Below, piece after piece: positions 39,426 through 53,035 of a DNA stretch of 64,000 nt. Within the stretch, counting starts at the first letter, position 1, and the number at the start of each line of letters is the position of its first letter. The notes under the pieces were generated by a model. That model saw nothing but the letters and a program-made list of their open reading frames with translations. It searched no databases and was not told the origin of the DNA. The stretch is from assembly GCA_963816185.1 (NCBI GenBank), contig CAWFJJ010000029.1, positions 160,001 to 224,000 on the forward strand, in the 5' to 3' direction. The translations under genes and the position numbers were made by a program. This stretch comes from Thermoanaerobaculia bacterium. Its GTDB lineage: Bacteria > Acidobacteriota > Thermoanaerobaculia > UBA5066.

Positions 39426-40160
39426 TCAGCTCAGGGCGGCGACGAAGCCAGAAGCGGCGAGCGCGACGGCGAGAGCCGAGTCGTTTCCCGCCTCGAGATA
39501 CAGGGTTGCGGACGGATCGCCGACGAGGGCGAGAGAGCCAGAGCGGACCAACTTCGCCTCTTCGCCGTCCACCAGGGTGATCTTGCCGGAAAAAACGGCA
39601 ATCGCACGAACGCCCCGGAAGGCCCATCGCGCCGTGGGCGGCGGACCGAGACGCAGGACGGCGAGATGTTCCTCCGGAAGCTGCACGAGAGTCCTGAGGC
39701 CCGTGATGCCGGGGACTGCTTTTCCGCCGAGATCGTCTCTTCTGATGTTGTGGCTCGGCCTGGGTGGCGTTCTGGAAATTTCTTCGAGTGAAAGAGAAGG
39801 GGAAGGGGCGCCGGGAGGCGATTGGGCCTGGAGTGCTTCCGCCGTCCATATCAGAACATCGCCGGGAGCGACATCAGAGGTTGCGCCTCCTCCCGTGAGC
39901 ACGAGCAGCGCCCCTGACCGGCGTTGTCCTTCCCCCTCTTTCCCTTCTAGGAAGAACCCACCGTGTCCCCCGCCAACGCGCAACAGGAACTGAGAGGGCA
40001 GGTCCGCAAACCCGTAAACCGAAACCCCCGGAGCGTGCGCGGTGCGCGGCGGAGGCGGCACGGGGCCGCGGCGCTCCTCGTCGGAGGGAATGTCCTTCTC
40101 GCGGAGCGGACGTGTCGTCTCTTTCTTCGCGCGTCGTGCCTTCCCGAATGGCCAGTTCAC
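39426..40160 (-). CDS. Hypothetical protein, possibly cupin-like
   Basis: Fills the gap between flanking genes; beta-strand-rich; TAGAGT lies 6 nt before the GTG. Confidence 0.5.
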   Translation of the reverse strand: MNWPFGKARRAKKETTRPLREKDIPSDEERRGPVPPPPRTAHAPGVSVYGFADLPSQFLLRVGGGHGGFFLEGKEGEGQRRSGALLVLTGGGATSDVAPGDVLIWTAEALQAQSPPGAPSPSLSLEEISRTPPRPSHNIRRDDLGGKAVPGITGLRTLVQLPEEHLAVLRLGPPPTARWAFRGVRAIAVFSGKITLVDGEEAKLVRSGSLALVGDPSATLYLEAGNDSALAVALAASGFVAALS

Positions 40161-40199
40161 TCGGGAACTCTAGCGCGGCATCGTCGCGGCGGTCGAGAT

Positions 40200-40952
40200 T
40201 CAGCGGCCGAGGCGCTCGTGCAGGCGCTGTGCGCCCGTTCGGCTTACCGGAAGACGGGCGCCGTCGGTCAGCACGGCCGTCGGCGCGCCCGTCGCGGAAG
40301 GCTCCAAGCGCGCGAGCCGGTCGAGGTTCAGGAGGTACGACCGGTGGATCCTCACGAACATCTCCTTCGGGAGCGCCTCCTCGAGGCTCGCGAGCGTCTG
40401 GTTCTTGAGATGGTTTCGTCCCTCCGCGCGGAGGAGGACGTAGTCGTCCTCTGCTTTCACGTAGTCGATCCTCGAGACGGGGAGGACCGACACCTTGACG
40501 CCGTCTTTCACGACGACGCGGGAAAGAGGCGTTTCGCGGGGAACGAGAGGGTCTCTGGACGGTGTCTCGCCGGAGGCGAGGCGCGCGCGGGCGCGTGCAA
40601 GAGCCGTGTCGAAACGTGCGCGGTCGAAGGGCTTGAGGAGATAGTCGACGGCGTTCGCGTCGAACGCCTTCAGCGCGTACTGGTCGTATGCCGTGACGAA
40701 GATGACGGCCGGCCGGCCCACCTCGTCACGCTCGATGAGCTCGAGGACCTCAAGCCCGTCGAGCTGCGGCATCTGGACGTCGAGGAAGAGGAGATCGGGC
40801 TTCGTCTCGGCGACGGCCTTCACGGCTTCGAAACCGTTCGCGCACTCGGCGAGGATCGTGACGTCCTCGTGTGCGGCGAGAAACTGGCGCACGAGGGACC
40901 GCGCGAGCTCCTCGTCGTCCACGATCACGGCGCCGAGTCGGCGGGGAGCCAC
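40200..40952 (-). CDS. LytTR-family response regulator
   Basis: VDDEELA, FLDVQMP, FVTAYD, FVRIHRS. Start placed at GTG 40952, 7 nt after TATCCT. Confidence 0.92.
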   Translation of the reverse strand: MAPRRLGAVIVDDEELARSLVRQFLAAHEDVTILAECANGFEAVKAVAETKPDLLFLDVQMPQLDGLEVLELIERDEVGRPAVIFVTAYDQYALKAFDANAVDYLLKPFDRARFDTALARARARLASGETPSRDPLVPRETPLSRVVVKDGVKVSVLPVSRIDYVKAEDDYVLLRAEGRNHLKNQTLASLEEALPKEMFVRIHRSYLLNLDRLARLEPSATGAPTAVLTDGARLPVSRTGAQRLHERLGR

Positions 40953-41106
40953 GGCACCGAGGATAGCGCCGGCGCCGTGCATCCCCCCACGCCTCAACAC
41001 ATCTTCCCGAAGACGTGTCGATTCGACCCTAGCTCGTTCGTCGACACTTCAGAAGACGGTGGTCACAGGGACGCAGGCGATGCCTGTGCCGAAAGGAGTT
41101 ACGCTC

Positions 41107-41772
41107 ATGTCAAAGGTCCGGGTAAACGCATTTGGAATCTCCATCGATGGTCATGGCGCCGGTCCCGACCAAGATCTAGCCAATCCGATGGGCGTCGGAG
41201 GGATGGCGCTGCACCAGTGGGTCTTCGGCACGAAGACGTTCCAGAAGATGGCGGCCGACTTCGCTGGATCGCTGATCGGTGACGAGGTCGCACGAGAAGG
41301 AGTCGACGACGACTTCGCCGCGCGCGGCTTTGAGAACATCGGCGCCTGGATCATGGGCCGCAACATGTTTGGGCCGGTGCGGGGCCCCTGGTCCGACGAC
41401 AGTTGGAAGGGATGGTGGGGCAAGAACCCGCCCTACCACGTCCCCGTCTTCGTGCTTACGCACCATGCTCGCGCGCCCATCACGATGGAGGGCGGAACGA
41501 CCTTTTCCTTCGTGACCGATGGCATCCATGCCGCGCTAGAGCGCGCGAAGGAGGCGGCCCAGGGCAAGGATGTCCGACTCGGCGGTGGCGTTGCCACCAT
41601 TCGCCAGTACCTCACCACCGGGCTGATCGACGAGATCCACCTCGTGATCTCCCCGGTGCTTCTGGGCAGGGGCGAGCACCTCCTCGCCGGCATCGATGCG
41701 GTGAGCCTCGGCTACACGTGCACGGAGCACGCCTCCACGGACCACGCCACCCATGTCGTCCTGACGAAGTAG
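41107..41772 (+). CDS. Dihydrofolate-reductase/RibD C-terminal family protein
   Basis: SIDG, IMGRNMF, PVFVLTH, GGG, IDEIHLxxSPVLLGxG; AAGGAG before ATG. Confidence 0.88.
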   Translation: MSKVRVNAFGISIDGHGAGPDQDLANPMGVGGMALHQWVFGTKTFQKMAADFAGSLIGDEVAREGVDDDFAARGFENIGAWIMGRNMFGPVRGPWSDDSWKGWWGKNPPYHVPVFVLTHHARAPITMEGGTTFSFVTDGIHAALERAKEAAQGKDVRLGGGVATIRQYLTTGLIDEIHLVISPVLLGRGEHLLAGIDAVSLGYTCTEHASTDHATHVVLTK

Positions 41773-41786
41773 CCTTACACGAGGTC

Positions 41787-42845
41787 TCAAGTTGCTCCCG
41801 CGGGAACCTCGATCTCGACCCGAAAGAGCCCGTCGTGAAGGCGGGTGCCGACGTAGCCGTCGTCACCCCAGCACGCCGCGACGCGTCGCTTCACGTTCGC
41901 GAGTCCCAACCCCGTCCCCGCGGGCTTTTCCGCTCCGGCTTCCGCGGGGTTCTCGACGACGATGGACACGCGGCCGCCCGAGCGCCTCGTCACGAGCGAC
42001 AGAACGCCCCCCTCGAGGCGCGCCCCGATGCCGTGCTTGACGGCGTTCTCGAAGAGCGGCTGCAGGAGGAGTGGCGGAACGGACACGTCGAGCGTCGACG
42101 CGTCGACGTCCTCCGACACCGTGAGCCGGTCGCCGAAGCGGACGCGCTCGACGGCGAGATAGCGGTGCGCAAGGGCAAGCTCTTCGCGAAGGGGAATCGA
42201 GGATCTTTCCGACATGCCGAGCGTCGTTCTCAGGAAGTCGGAGAGGAGCGCGCACATCGAGCGCGCCTCCTCCGGCCGGTCGCCGACGAGAGCCGCGATG
42301 GAGTTCAGGCTGTTGAAGAGGAAATGCGGGTTGAGCCGCTCGCGGAGCGCCTGAAGCTCGGCTTCGCGGGCCAGGGTCTTCAGCTCCGCGGCGCGCCGCT
42401 CCTGATCGCGGCCTTTCTCGGCCGCGTCGAGCGCGTAGTGCATGGCCAGCACGAGAAGGTAGAGGAGAACTCCGAGGAGGAAGACGACGGGGCCGGCGCG
42501 CGCGAGGCGGTCGGGCAGCGTCTCGAAGGCCGGTAGCAGCGCGAGCGCCCACGCGAGCGTCGTCCCGAAGAGGAGCCACAACGAGGCCGCGACGATCGAC
42601 GCGACGACGAGCGCCGACGCGGTCACGAGGAGCCGTGCGGAATCGACGGGAAAAGCGCGGCAGAGATACCACGACGAGAGGCACAGGAATGCGTAGAGGA
42701 GTCCGAGCGGAACGGAGAGAGTCACCGCCTCGAGGAGAGAAAGCCCTCCGGCGAGAACGAGGAGGCCCCCGAGGATCGCGGTGAGCGGGATCCAGCCGAG
42801 AAGGTAGACGCCGAGGCGTCCGGACTGCCTGAAGAAGGGGTGCAC
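41787..42845 (-). CDS. LytS/YehU-type sensor histidine kinase
   Basis: LNPHFLFNSLN, LQPLFENAVKHG, GLGLxN; TM N-terminus. Confidence 0.92.
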   Translation of the reverse strand: MHPFFRQSGRLGVYLLGWIPLTAILGGLLVLAGGLSLLEAVTLSVPLGLLYAFLCLSSWYLCRAFPVDSARLLVTASALVVASIVAASLWLLFGTTLAWALALLPAFETLPDRLARAGPVVFLLGVLLYLLVLAMHYALDAAEKGRDQERRAAELKTLAREAELQALRERLNPHFLFNSLNSIAALVGDRPEEARSMCALLSDFLRTTLGMSERSSIPLREELALAHRYLAVERVRFGDRLTVSEDVDASTLDVSVPPLLLQPLFENAVKHGIGARLEGGVLSLVTRRSGGRVSIVVENPAEAGAEKPAGTGLGLANVKRRVAACWGDDGYVGTRLHDGLFRVEIEVPAGAT

Positions 42846-42854
42846 GACGCGCCC

Positions 42855-43565
42855 CTAGTTCTTGATACCGAGGCCGCCGAAGAGGATGAAGCCCGTGACG
42901 AGGAGCTCCTTTTGACCGGTGCCGGGCGCGGCGGCGAAGTGGCGGCTCTTGTCGTCGGTGCCGCCGAAGATCGGAACGACCTTCAGGATCACATTCCAGT
43001 CCTCGGGCACGCGCAGCTCGCCCCCGCCGCAGAAGCAGAAGACGTCGATCGTCGCGCGGTCCCCCGCCATCTTCGACTCTCGGAGGTCGATGTTGAAGCC
43101 GCCGAAGACGGCGTTCGCCTGACCCCCCCGGAAGTCGGCCGAGACGAACCGGCGCTCGCCGCCGCCGAAGACCGCCCACTCGTTCAACGTGCCACCCGGA
43201 TTCGTCGACGCGTCCCAGGTTCGCCTGCCCGGGCGGTGTGCGAACACGATCCTCAGCCCGATGATCACGAAGATGAGCGGGAAGAGGTAGCGGAGATGAA
43301 AGTGAACGAGGTCGAAGTTTCGGAGGAAGAAGAGAGTGCCCAGCGTGACGAAGATCGACCCGGCCGTGAACGAGCGGCTCGCGAACTTCGCCAGGCCCAA
43401 AGCGACGAGGACGAGCGGCCAGAACTTCCAGATCTCGCTGACGTCCACGAGACCGAAGTTGTCGAGCGTGAAGAGGATTCCGCCCGCGATGAGCGCGAGG
43501 CCGATGACGAGCCGGGACAAGGTGTCGTGGCGAGGGCTGGTGTCTTTGACGATTCTTTCTTCCAT
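42855..43565 (-). CDS. LiaF-like cell-envelope stress membrane protein (4 TM + DUF2154-like domain)
   Basis: TM part with WKFWP and FPL; C-terminal repeats AVFGG..IDLR..GG.ELRVPEDW..PIFGG. Confidence 0.8.
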   Translation of the reverse strand: MEERIVKDTSPRHDTLSRLVIGLALIAGGILFTLDNFGLVDVSEIWKFWPLVLVALGLAKFASRSFTAGSIFVTLGTLFFLRNFDLVHFHLRYLFPLIFVIIGLRIVFAHRPGRRTWDASTNPGGTLNEWAVFGGGERRFVSADFRGGQANAVFGGFNIDLRESKMAGDRATIDVFCFCGGGELRVPEDWNVILKVVPIFGGTDDKSRHFAAAPGTGQKELLVTGFILFGGLGIKN

Positions 43566-43621
43566 GGCGAGTCTCCCGCTCAAAAGATACGTCCCGAAGA
43601 CCCGTTCTTCCCTCCCGATTC

Positions 43622-43651
43622 GGCGAATCGACCTTCGGCGCCGGTGAACGG
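43622..43651 (-). promoter_or_regulatory. Putative LytTR operator CCGTTCACC-N12-CGATTCGCC
   Basis: Imperfect 9-bp direct repeat at 21-bp period upstream of the liaF-like/lytS operon; resembles the AlgR core CCGTTCGTC. Confidence 0.5.
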
Positions 43652-43833
43652 CGGAGGATGGTCGCGCTAGCGTTCCCAGCGCTGCCAGGCTCGATCGTGG
43701 GGCAGGCATCGCATTTGCGTGCCTCTTCTACTCTTCGACTTTGCGCAACTTTCCAATCAGAGGTTGCGTAGGGCGAAGGGCCGGCGAAGAACTTCGCCTC
43801 GACGTTGTAAGAAGGACGAAAGGAGAGAAACTC

Positions 43834-44301
43834 ATGGCAGCGAAAGTCAAGCCCGTTCCCGAGGGCTATCACACCGTCACGCCCTACCTCTGCATCCGCG
43901 GAGCCGCAAAGGCCCTCGATTTCTACGCCCGCGCGTTCGGCGCCAAGGAGAAGGTCAGGATGCCCGGACCCGACGGGAAGGTCATGCACGCCGAGATCCT
44001 CATCGGTGACTCGTTGGTCATGCTGGGAGACGAGAACCCCCAGGCCAAGTCGCCCTCGGCCCTCGGCGGCACGCCGGTCAGCATCATGCTCTACGTTCCC
44101 GACGTGGACGCCGTGTTCAAGAGGGCGACGGCGGCTGGCGCCAAGACCGAGACCCCTCCGGCGGACATGTTCTGGGGCGACCGCTATGGCAAGCTGATCG
44201 ATCCCTTCGGACACTCCTGGGGCATCGCGACGCACGTCGAGGACGTCACCCCGGAGGAGATGAAGAAGCGCATGGCCGCGATGGCATCGGCAGGCGGCTG
44301 A
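43834..44301 (+). CDS. VOC/glyoxalase family protein (PhnB-like)
   Basis: TVTPYL, A.KALDFY..AFGA, HAE, DMFWGDRYG..DPFGH.W; AAGGAG RBS. Confidence 0.9.
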   Translation: MAAKVKPVPEGYHTVTPYLCIRGAAKALDFYARAFGAKEKVRMPGPDGKVMHAEILIGDSLVMLGDENPQAKSPSALGGTPVSIMLYVPDVDAVFKRATAAGAKTETPPADMFWGDRYGKLIDPFGHSWGIATHVEDVTPEEMKKRMAAMASAGG

Positions 44302-44313
44302 TCCCCGGCCGGC

Positions 44314-48064
<3,751 letters not shown>

Positions 48065-48068
<4 letters not shown>

Positions 48069-49936
48069 GCTCGCCTCGCTTCGGCGCCGAGCGCCTCGAG
48101 GATCCGCTTGACCGCGTCGTAGCGCGCCATCGGCATGATGTGGAGGCCGCGCGAGCGCTCCGCGATCGCGCACGCGAGCTCGACGCCGATCGCGAAACCT
48201 TCCTCTTCCTCGAACTCGGGGCCCTTCTCGGCTGCCCGGCGCATCCGCGCCACGATCTCCTCGGGCACGACCATTCCCGGGACTTCGTTCGCGAGGTAGA
48301 GGGCCTGCTTCAGGCTCTTCGGCGGGATGAGGCCGATGAGGACCGGGATCGCGTGCGCCTCGGCGCGCGCGTAGAAACGGTCGAGCGCCGCGACGTCGTA
48401 GACGGGCTGCGTCTGGGCGAACGTGGCGCCGGCCTCGATCTTGGCCGCGAGCTTCGAGATCTCGAGGTCGAGGTCCCTCGCCGCGGGATTCGCCGCGCAC
48501 GCGATCGCGAACGACGTGGCCGAGCCGATGACGCCGCCCGCGAGGTCCGTACCCCCGTTCAGACCCTTGACGATGCGGAGAAGGCCGAGCGTGTCGACCT
48601 CGCCCACGGGTTTGGCCTGCGGGTAGTCACCGATCTTCAGGGGGTCGCCGCCCACGACGAGGAGAGCCTTGATGCCCAGCCCGGCCGCACCGAGGAGGTC
48701 CGACTGGATGCCGAGCACGTTCCGGTCGCGCGGCGAGAAGTGAAAGATCGTCTCGGCGCCTGTATCGGTTCGGATGAGGTGCGCGACGGCGATGGACGAC
48801 ATTCTCAGACGTGCCATCGGGTTGTCCGTGATGTTGATGGCGTCCACGCCGAGGGCTTTCAGGGTGCGTGCGCCGTCCACCGCCGCCGAGGCGTCGATGC
48901 CTTTCGGCGGCTCGACCTCGACCGTCACGACGAGAGCGCGCGGGTCTGCGAGCTTGCGCTTCAAGGCGGACGTCTCGAGAGCGGCTTCGCGCGGGCGGAC
49001 GGCGCGGCCTTCCGTCACCGCAGCGCGCTCGCGAGGCGCGGAAGCCGGCACCGCGCGCGCCTTCCCCGAGACCTCGCGCGCCATCGCGGCGACGTGTTCC
49101 GGCGCCGTGCCGCAGCATCCTCCGACGAGGGCGGCGCCGGCGTGGAGGAGATCGCGCGCGCTCTGGCGGAAGTAGTCGGGCGTGGCCGGATAGACGGTGC
49201 GCCCGGAGACGACCCAGGGATATCCGGCGTTCGGCCGCACGGAAATCGGAACGCCAACCGAGCCGGCGACGCGTGAGAAGTTCTCGAGGGCTTCCTGGGG
49301 CCCGACCGTGCAGTTCATCCCCACGATGTCTGCTCCCGCGGCGACGAGCGCTTTGAGCGCTTCGCCTGCGTCCTCGCCGAAGCTCGTCTTGCCGTCCGCG
49401 AGGAACGTCATCGAGGCGGAGATCGGTATCCCGTCCGACAGGGCCCGCGCCGCCCGCAGCGCCTCGGTGACCTCGAGCGTCGAGGAGAACGTCTCGAAGG
49501 ACAGGAGGTCGACGCCCTCTTCGAGAAGGATCCGGATCTGCTCCGTGAAGAGCTCGCGCACGTGGGGGCGCGTGAGCGGCCCGTACGGCTTCACGAGCTG
49601 CCCGAGCGGCCCGACGGAACCCGCCACGTAGACGTATTCCCCCTCGGCCGCGGCGCGCGCGAGGCGCACGGCCGCGCGGTTTATCTTCTCGAGCGAGTCG
49701 GCCCAGTCGAACCGCGAGAGCTTCGCGCGGTTCGCGTCCCACGTGTTCGTGGAGAGAACCAGCGAGCCGGCGGCCACGTAGTCGTCGTGAATCTCGCGCA
49801 CGAGGTCGGGCGCGGAGACCGAGTTCGGCGAGCGCGGGCCCTCCGCCGGCGCGCCGCGCGACACGAGCAGCGTCCCCATCGCGCCGTCCGTGAGGAGGAC
49901 TTCGGCCTTCAGCCGCTCCCGGATGTCTCTCTTCAT
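48065..49936 (-). CDS. yitJ: Bifunctional homocysteine S-methyltransferase / methylenetetrahydrofolate reductase
   Basis: DGAMGT, GMNC, PNAG, GGCCGT, followed by MTHFR motifs EPPKG, [14 protein letters not shown], GDP, TQPVYD, NEVPG. Confidence 0.92.
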
Positions 49937-49995
49937 GAAAACGCCCCTTCGAGGACGAAGGGGCGACGTGACTCCGCGCCGTTTTCGGCCTCGAT

Positions 49996-50125
49996 CTCAT
50001 CTTCCTCCGGCTGCGACGTGCGGCCTGGAGCGGGATTTGGCACCTGGCGTCCGGCGCCCTTCGGGGCGCACCGGACCGGTTGCCGCGGCATCGCAGGGCC
50101 CGTCCCTCCGCCGCTCTGGATGAAA
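49996..50125 (-). ncRNA. SAM-I (S-box) riboswitch
   Basis: Minus strand TTCATCCAGAGCGGCGGAGGGACGGGCCC..GGCAACC..GGTGCCAAATCC..GATGAG, directly upstream of yitJ-metH. Confidence 0.95.
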
Positions 50126-50246
50126 CCCGGTCAAAGAGCCGCCGTCAGGGTACGGCGGGTCGGCCGGGGCCGTCAAGGCCCGCTCGGCCATGTGCGGGTA
50201 ACGCGTGCGAAGGAGCTGGACGCACCTCCAGCTCCTCCGGACAGCC

Positions 50247-50798
50247 TCACGACGGCAGGTCGTCGAATTCGATGTGACAGTTCGTGCCGTAACAGACCCG
50301 ATAGGCGCAAAAGTACTGGCCGGCCTTGTACTCGTAGCAGGTCGCCGTGACCTTCAGGACGCCCTTGGTGATCCTCGCCTCGGCCGAGTGCTCGACGAGG
50401 CTCGAAACCACGCGGGCAGTCGTCGCGATCCAGCCCTCGGACGAGGACAGCGACGCGTGTTGCTCCTTCAGGCACTTGAGGAGTTCCGGCTTGAGGTCGG
50501 ATTCTTTCCCCTCCCTCAAGCGCCTGCCGTTTGCCCAGAACCCGTCGTCGGAGACGACGCCTCCCTTCACGCGGACCCGCACCTCGAGCTTCCCGTGCTC
50601 GGTGTTCAGCGACGCGATCACGTGGCTGCCGTCTTTCAGGTGCAGGGTGGCGGGATCCGGAACGGTCAGCTCGTACGTCTTGCTGCTGCACGGGCCCGCC
50701 GCGGAAGCGGAGCCCGCCAGGGCAAGTGAGAGGGACAGCGCGGCAAGCCATCGCAGGCCCCCGAGCGAGGCGGAAATACAGTTCGAGCGAGTCAACAT
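50247..50798 (-). CDS. Secreted hypothetical protein with Cys-rich C-terminus
   Basis: Signal peptide ending ASA; AGGAGG before ATG; C-terminal CYEY..CAYRVC..C. Confidence 0.65.
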   Translation of the reverse strand: MLTRSNCISASLGGLRWLAALSLSLALAGSASAAGPCSSKTYELTVPDPATLHLKDGSHVIASLNTEHGKLEVRVRVKGGVVSDDGFWANGRRLREGKESDLKPELLKCLKEQHASLSSSEGWIATTARVVSSLVEHSAEARITKGVLKVTATCYEYKAGQYFCAYRVCYGTNCHIEFDDLPS

Positions 50799-50977
50799 CG
50801 TCGTACCTCCTTTTCGGTTCGCTCGGGCGGCTCCTCTTTACGCAAGCCGTCCGGTGCTTCCGTTACCAGCTAAGCGGCCTTTCCGACCCGAGAGGCTCAC
50901 GCGCGAAGGCGCGGCAGCGCGCTTATCGCGGCGGGGCGGCGTCCGCAGGATGTCGGGTAGACTTGGTCTCTGACCAG

Positions 50978-52288
50978 ATGAGGATCCTCGTCGTCGGCTC
51001 CGGGGGTCGCGAGCACGCGCTCGTGTGGAAGCTCGCGCAGTCGCCGGGCGTCACGGACGTCTTCGCGGCGCCGGGCAACCCGGGCATGGCATCGAAGGCG
51101 ACGTGTCTTCCGATCGGGGTCGAGAACGTCGTCGAGCTGGCCGACTTCGCCGAATCGATGAAGATCGATCTGACCGTCGTGGGGCCCGAGCTTCCGCTCA
51201 CGCTCGGCCTCGTGGACGAGCTCGCGAACCGCGGCCTCGCGGCTTTCGGGCCGAACCGCCTCGCGGCCGAGCTCGAGGGCTCGAAGGTCTTTTCGAAGCT
51301 CTTCATGAAGAAGTACGGCATCCCGACCCCGGATGCCATCGTGTGCCAGACGCGCAGCGAGGCGGAGCGCGCGCTCAAGACGTACGGCCTGCCGTGCGTC
51401 TTCAAGGCCGACGGCCTCGCGGGCGGCAAGGGTGTCGTCGTCGCACAGGAACCCGAGGAAGCCGAGCGCGCGCTGAAACTCTTCTTCGAGGATCACGTCT
51501 TCGGCTCGGCGGGGGACCGAATCCTCGTGGAGCGGTTCATCTCGGGAGACGAAGTGAGCTTCATGGTCCTCTGCGACGGCGAGCGCGCGCTGCCGCTCGC
51601 CACCGCGATGGATTACAAGAAGATCTTCGACGGCGACCGCGGTCCGAACACGGGCGGGATGGGCGCGCACAGCCCGTCGGTGCTCCTCGACGCTCCCACC
51701 GCGTCCGACGTGCTCGCGTTCATCGTGCAGCCGACGCTCAAGGGCATGGCGGACGAAGGCCGCCCGTTCCGCGGCGTCCTCTTCGTCGGCCTCATCCTCG
51801 AGGCCGGTCTGAACCCGTACGTGCTCGAGTACAACGTGAGGTTCGGAGATCCCGAAACGCAGGCGGTCCTCCTGCGCCTCGACGGCGACCTCCTCCCGCT
51901 CCTTCTGGGGTCGGCGCGCGGCCACTTCGACGAGGGAGCGCAGCTCGGCTGGCGGCGGGAGGCGACCGCTGCCCTCGTGATGACCGCCGAAGGCTATCCG
52001 GGGCCGTTCGAGCGCGGTCGGCCCATCTCCGGAATCGAGGACGCCGAGGCGATGGAAGGCGTGTTCGTCTTCCACGCGGGGACGGCCCGAGGCTCCGACG
52101 GCGGATTCGTGACGTCGGGCGGTCGGGTGCTCGATGTATGCGCCCGCGGGCGCGGCCTTTCGCAGGCCCTCGCGACCGCGAGGGAAGCGGCCGGCAAGAT
52201 CCGCTTCGACGGCGCGCACTTCCGCCGCGACATCGGCAAGAAGGCGCTCGAGATCCTGGTGGAGCGCTCCGGCTCTATGCTCCGGTGA
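50978..52288 (+). CDS. purD: Phosphoribosylamine-glycine ligase
   Basis: GSGGREHAL, VVGPE, LEGSK, KADGLAGGKGV, GPNTGGMG, EYNVRFGDPE, FHAGT, GGRV. Confidence 0.97.
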   Translation: MRILVVGSGGREHALVWKLAQSPGVTDVFAAPGNPGMASKATCLPIGVENVVELADFAESMKIDLTVVGPELPLTLGLVDELANRGLAAFGPNRLAAELEGSKVFSKLFMKKYGIPTPDAIVCQTRSEAERALKTYGLPCVFKADGLAGGKGVVVAQEPEEAERALKLFFEDHVFGSAGDRILVERFISGDEVSFMVLCDGERALPLATAMDYKKIFDGDRGPNTGGMGAHSPSVLLDAPTASDVLAFIVQPTLKGMADEGRPFRGVLFVGLILEAGLNPYVLEYNVRFGDPETQAVLLRLDGDLLPLLLGSARGHFDEGAQLGWRREATAALVMTAEGYPGPFERGRPISGIEDAEAMEGVFVFHAGTARGSDGGFVTSGGRVLDVCARGRGLSQALATAREAAGKIRFDGAHFRRDIGKKALEILVERSGSMLR

Positions 52289-53015
52289 AATCGACGAGCA
52301 CCGGCGGCGGCCCCGGCGCGTCCAGGAGCGCGAGGGCGGCCCGGATGATTTTCGACTGAAGCTCGGGGTCGCCCGGCTTCCCGAGCGGATAACCGAGCGC
52401 ATAAGGCACCGCGAGCGCGCGCGGAGTCCGCACCTTCTCGGTGATTTCCGTCAGCATCGTGACGGACGTCGTCGCGATGCCACGCCGCTCGAGCTCGCCC
52501 GCGATCAGACCGACGGTCTGATGGCACATGGGTCAGAGCGGGACGAGGAACGCCGCGTCGACGCCGTCCGCGGCGAGGAGCGAAGCGGCCGCAGGAGCCG
52601 TCTCCTTCACGAGCCGCCCCGGCGCCGTGATCGAGCCCATGAACGAGAGCGCACGGCCGTTCAGCGAGCCGATCTCGCCGCCCGCGGCCATCTCGCGCAG
52701 CCTATCGAGCGGAAAACCGAGATTGCGGTCCGCGCGGAACCCGGTCTGGTCGAACGCGTCGGATTTGTGGGCGATTTCGAGCGTCGCGAGGTCCACGTCC
52801 GCCGGGATCTCGCGGAACGTCGCGTCGCCGCCCTTCAGCTCGTTATCGAACGGAACCTGCGTCGGCAGGTGAACGCCGCCCGTCGTCACGAGCGCGATGC
52901 GCGCTTTCTCGAGCGGTTTCGCGAGCCTCGTGAACGGTACGGGATCGAGCGCTCGGTACCGGTACCGCGCCATGAAGAGGCGGTTCTTGAGCGAGAGGTC
53001 CGAGAGGCTCGCCAC
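52275..53015 (-). CDS. Selenoprotein of the glycine/sarcosine/betaine/D-proline reductase component B (GrdB/PrdB-like) family, Sec at UGA 52535-52533
   Basis: Two track ORFs join in frame as ..FLVPL-U-PMCHQTVGL..E..GI.T; also ALVTTGG, D.N..FPLDRL.E and PR...P..LG.P.G.P motifs. Confidence 0.85.
52498..52535 (-). promoter_or_regulatory. Bacterial SECIS-like hairpin
   Basis: UGA-CCCATGTGCC-ATCAGACC-GTC-GGTCTGAT-CGCGGG: 8-bp stem starting 11 nt after UGA, with a loop beginning GU. Confidence 0.75.
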
Positions 53016-53035
53016 GTCTCTTAGTATGACGAAAT

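Noticed and set aside
52533-52535. TGA as a nonsense mutation or sequencing error
   Set aside because: It falls exactly at the UxxC position and is followed by a SECIS-like hairpin.
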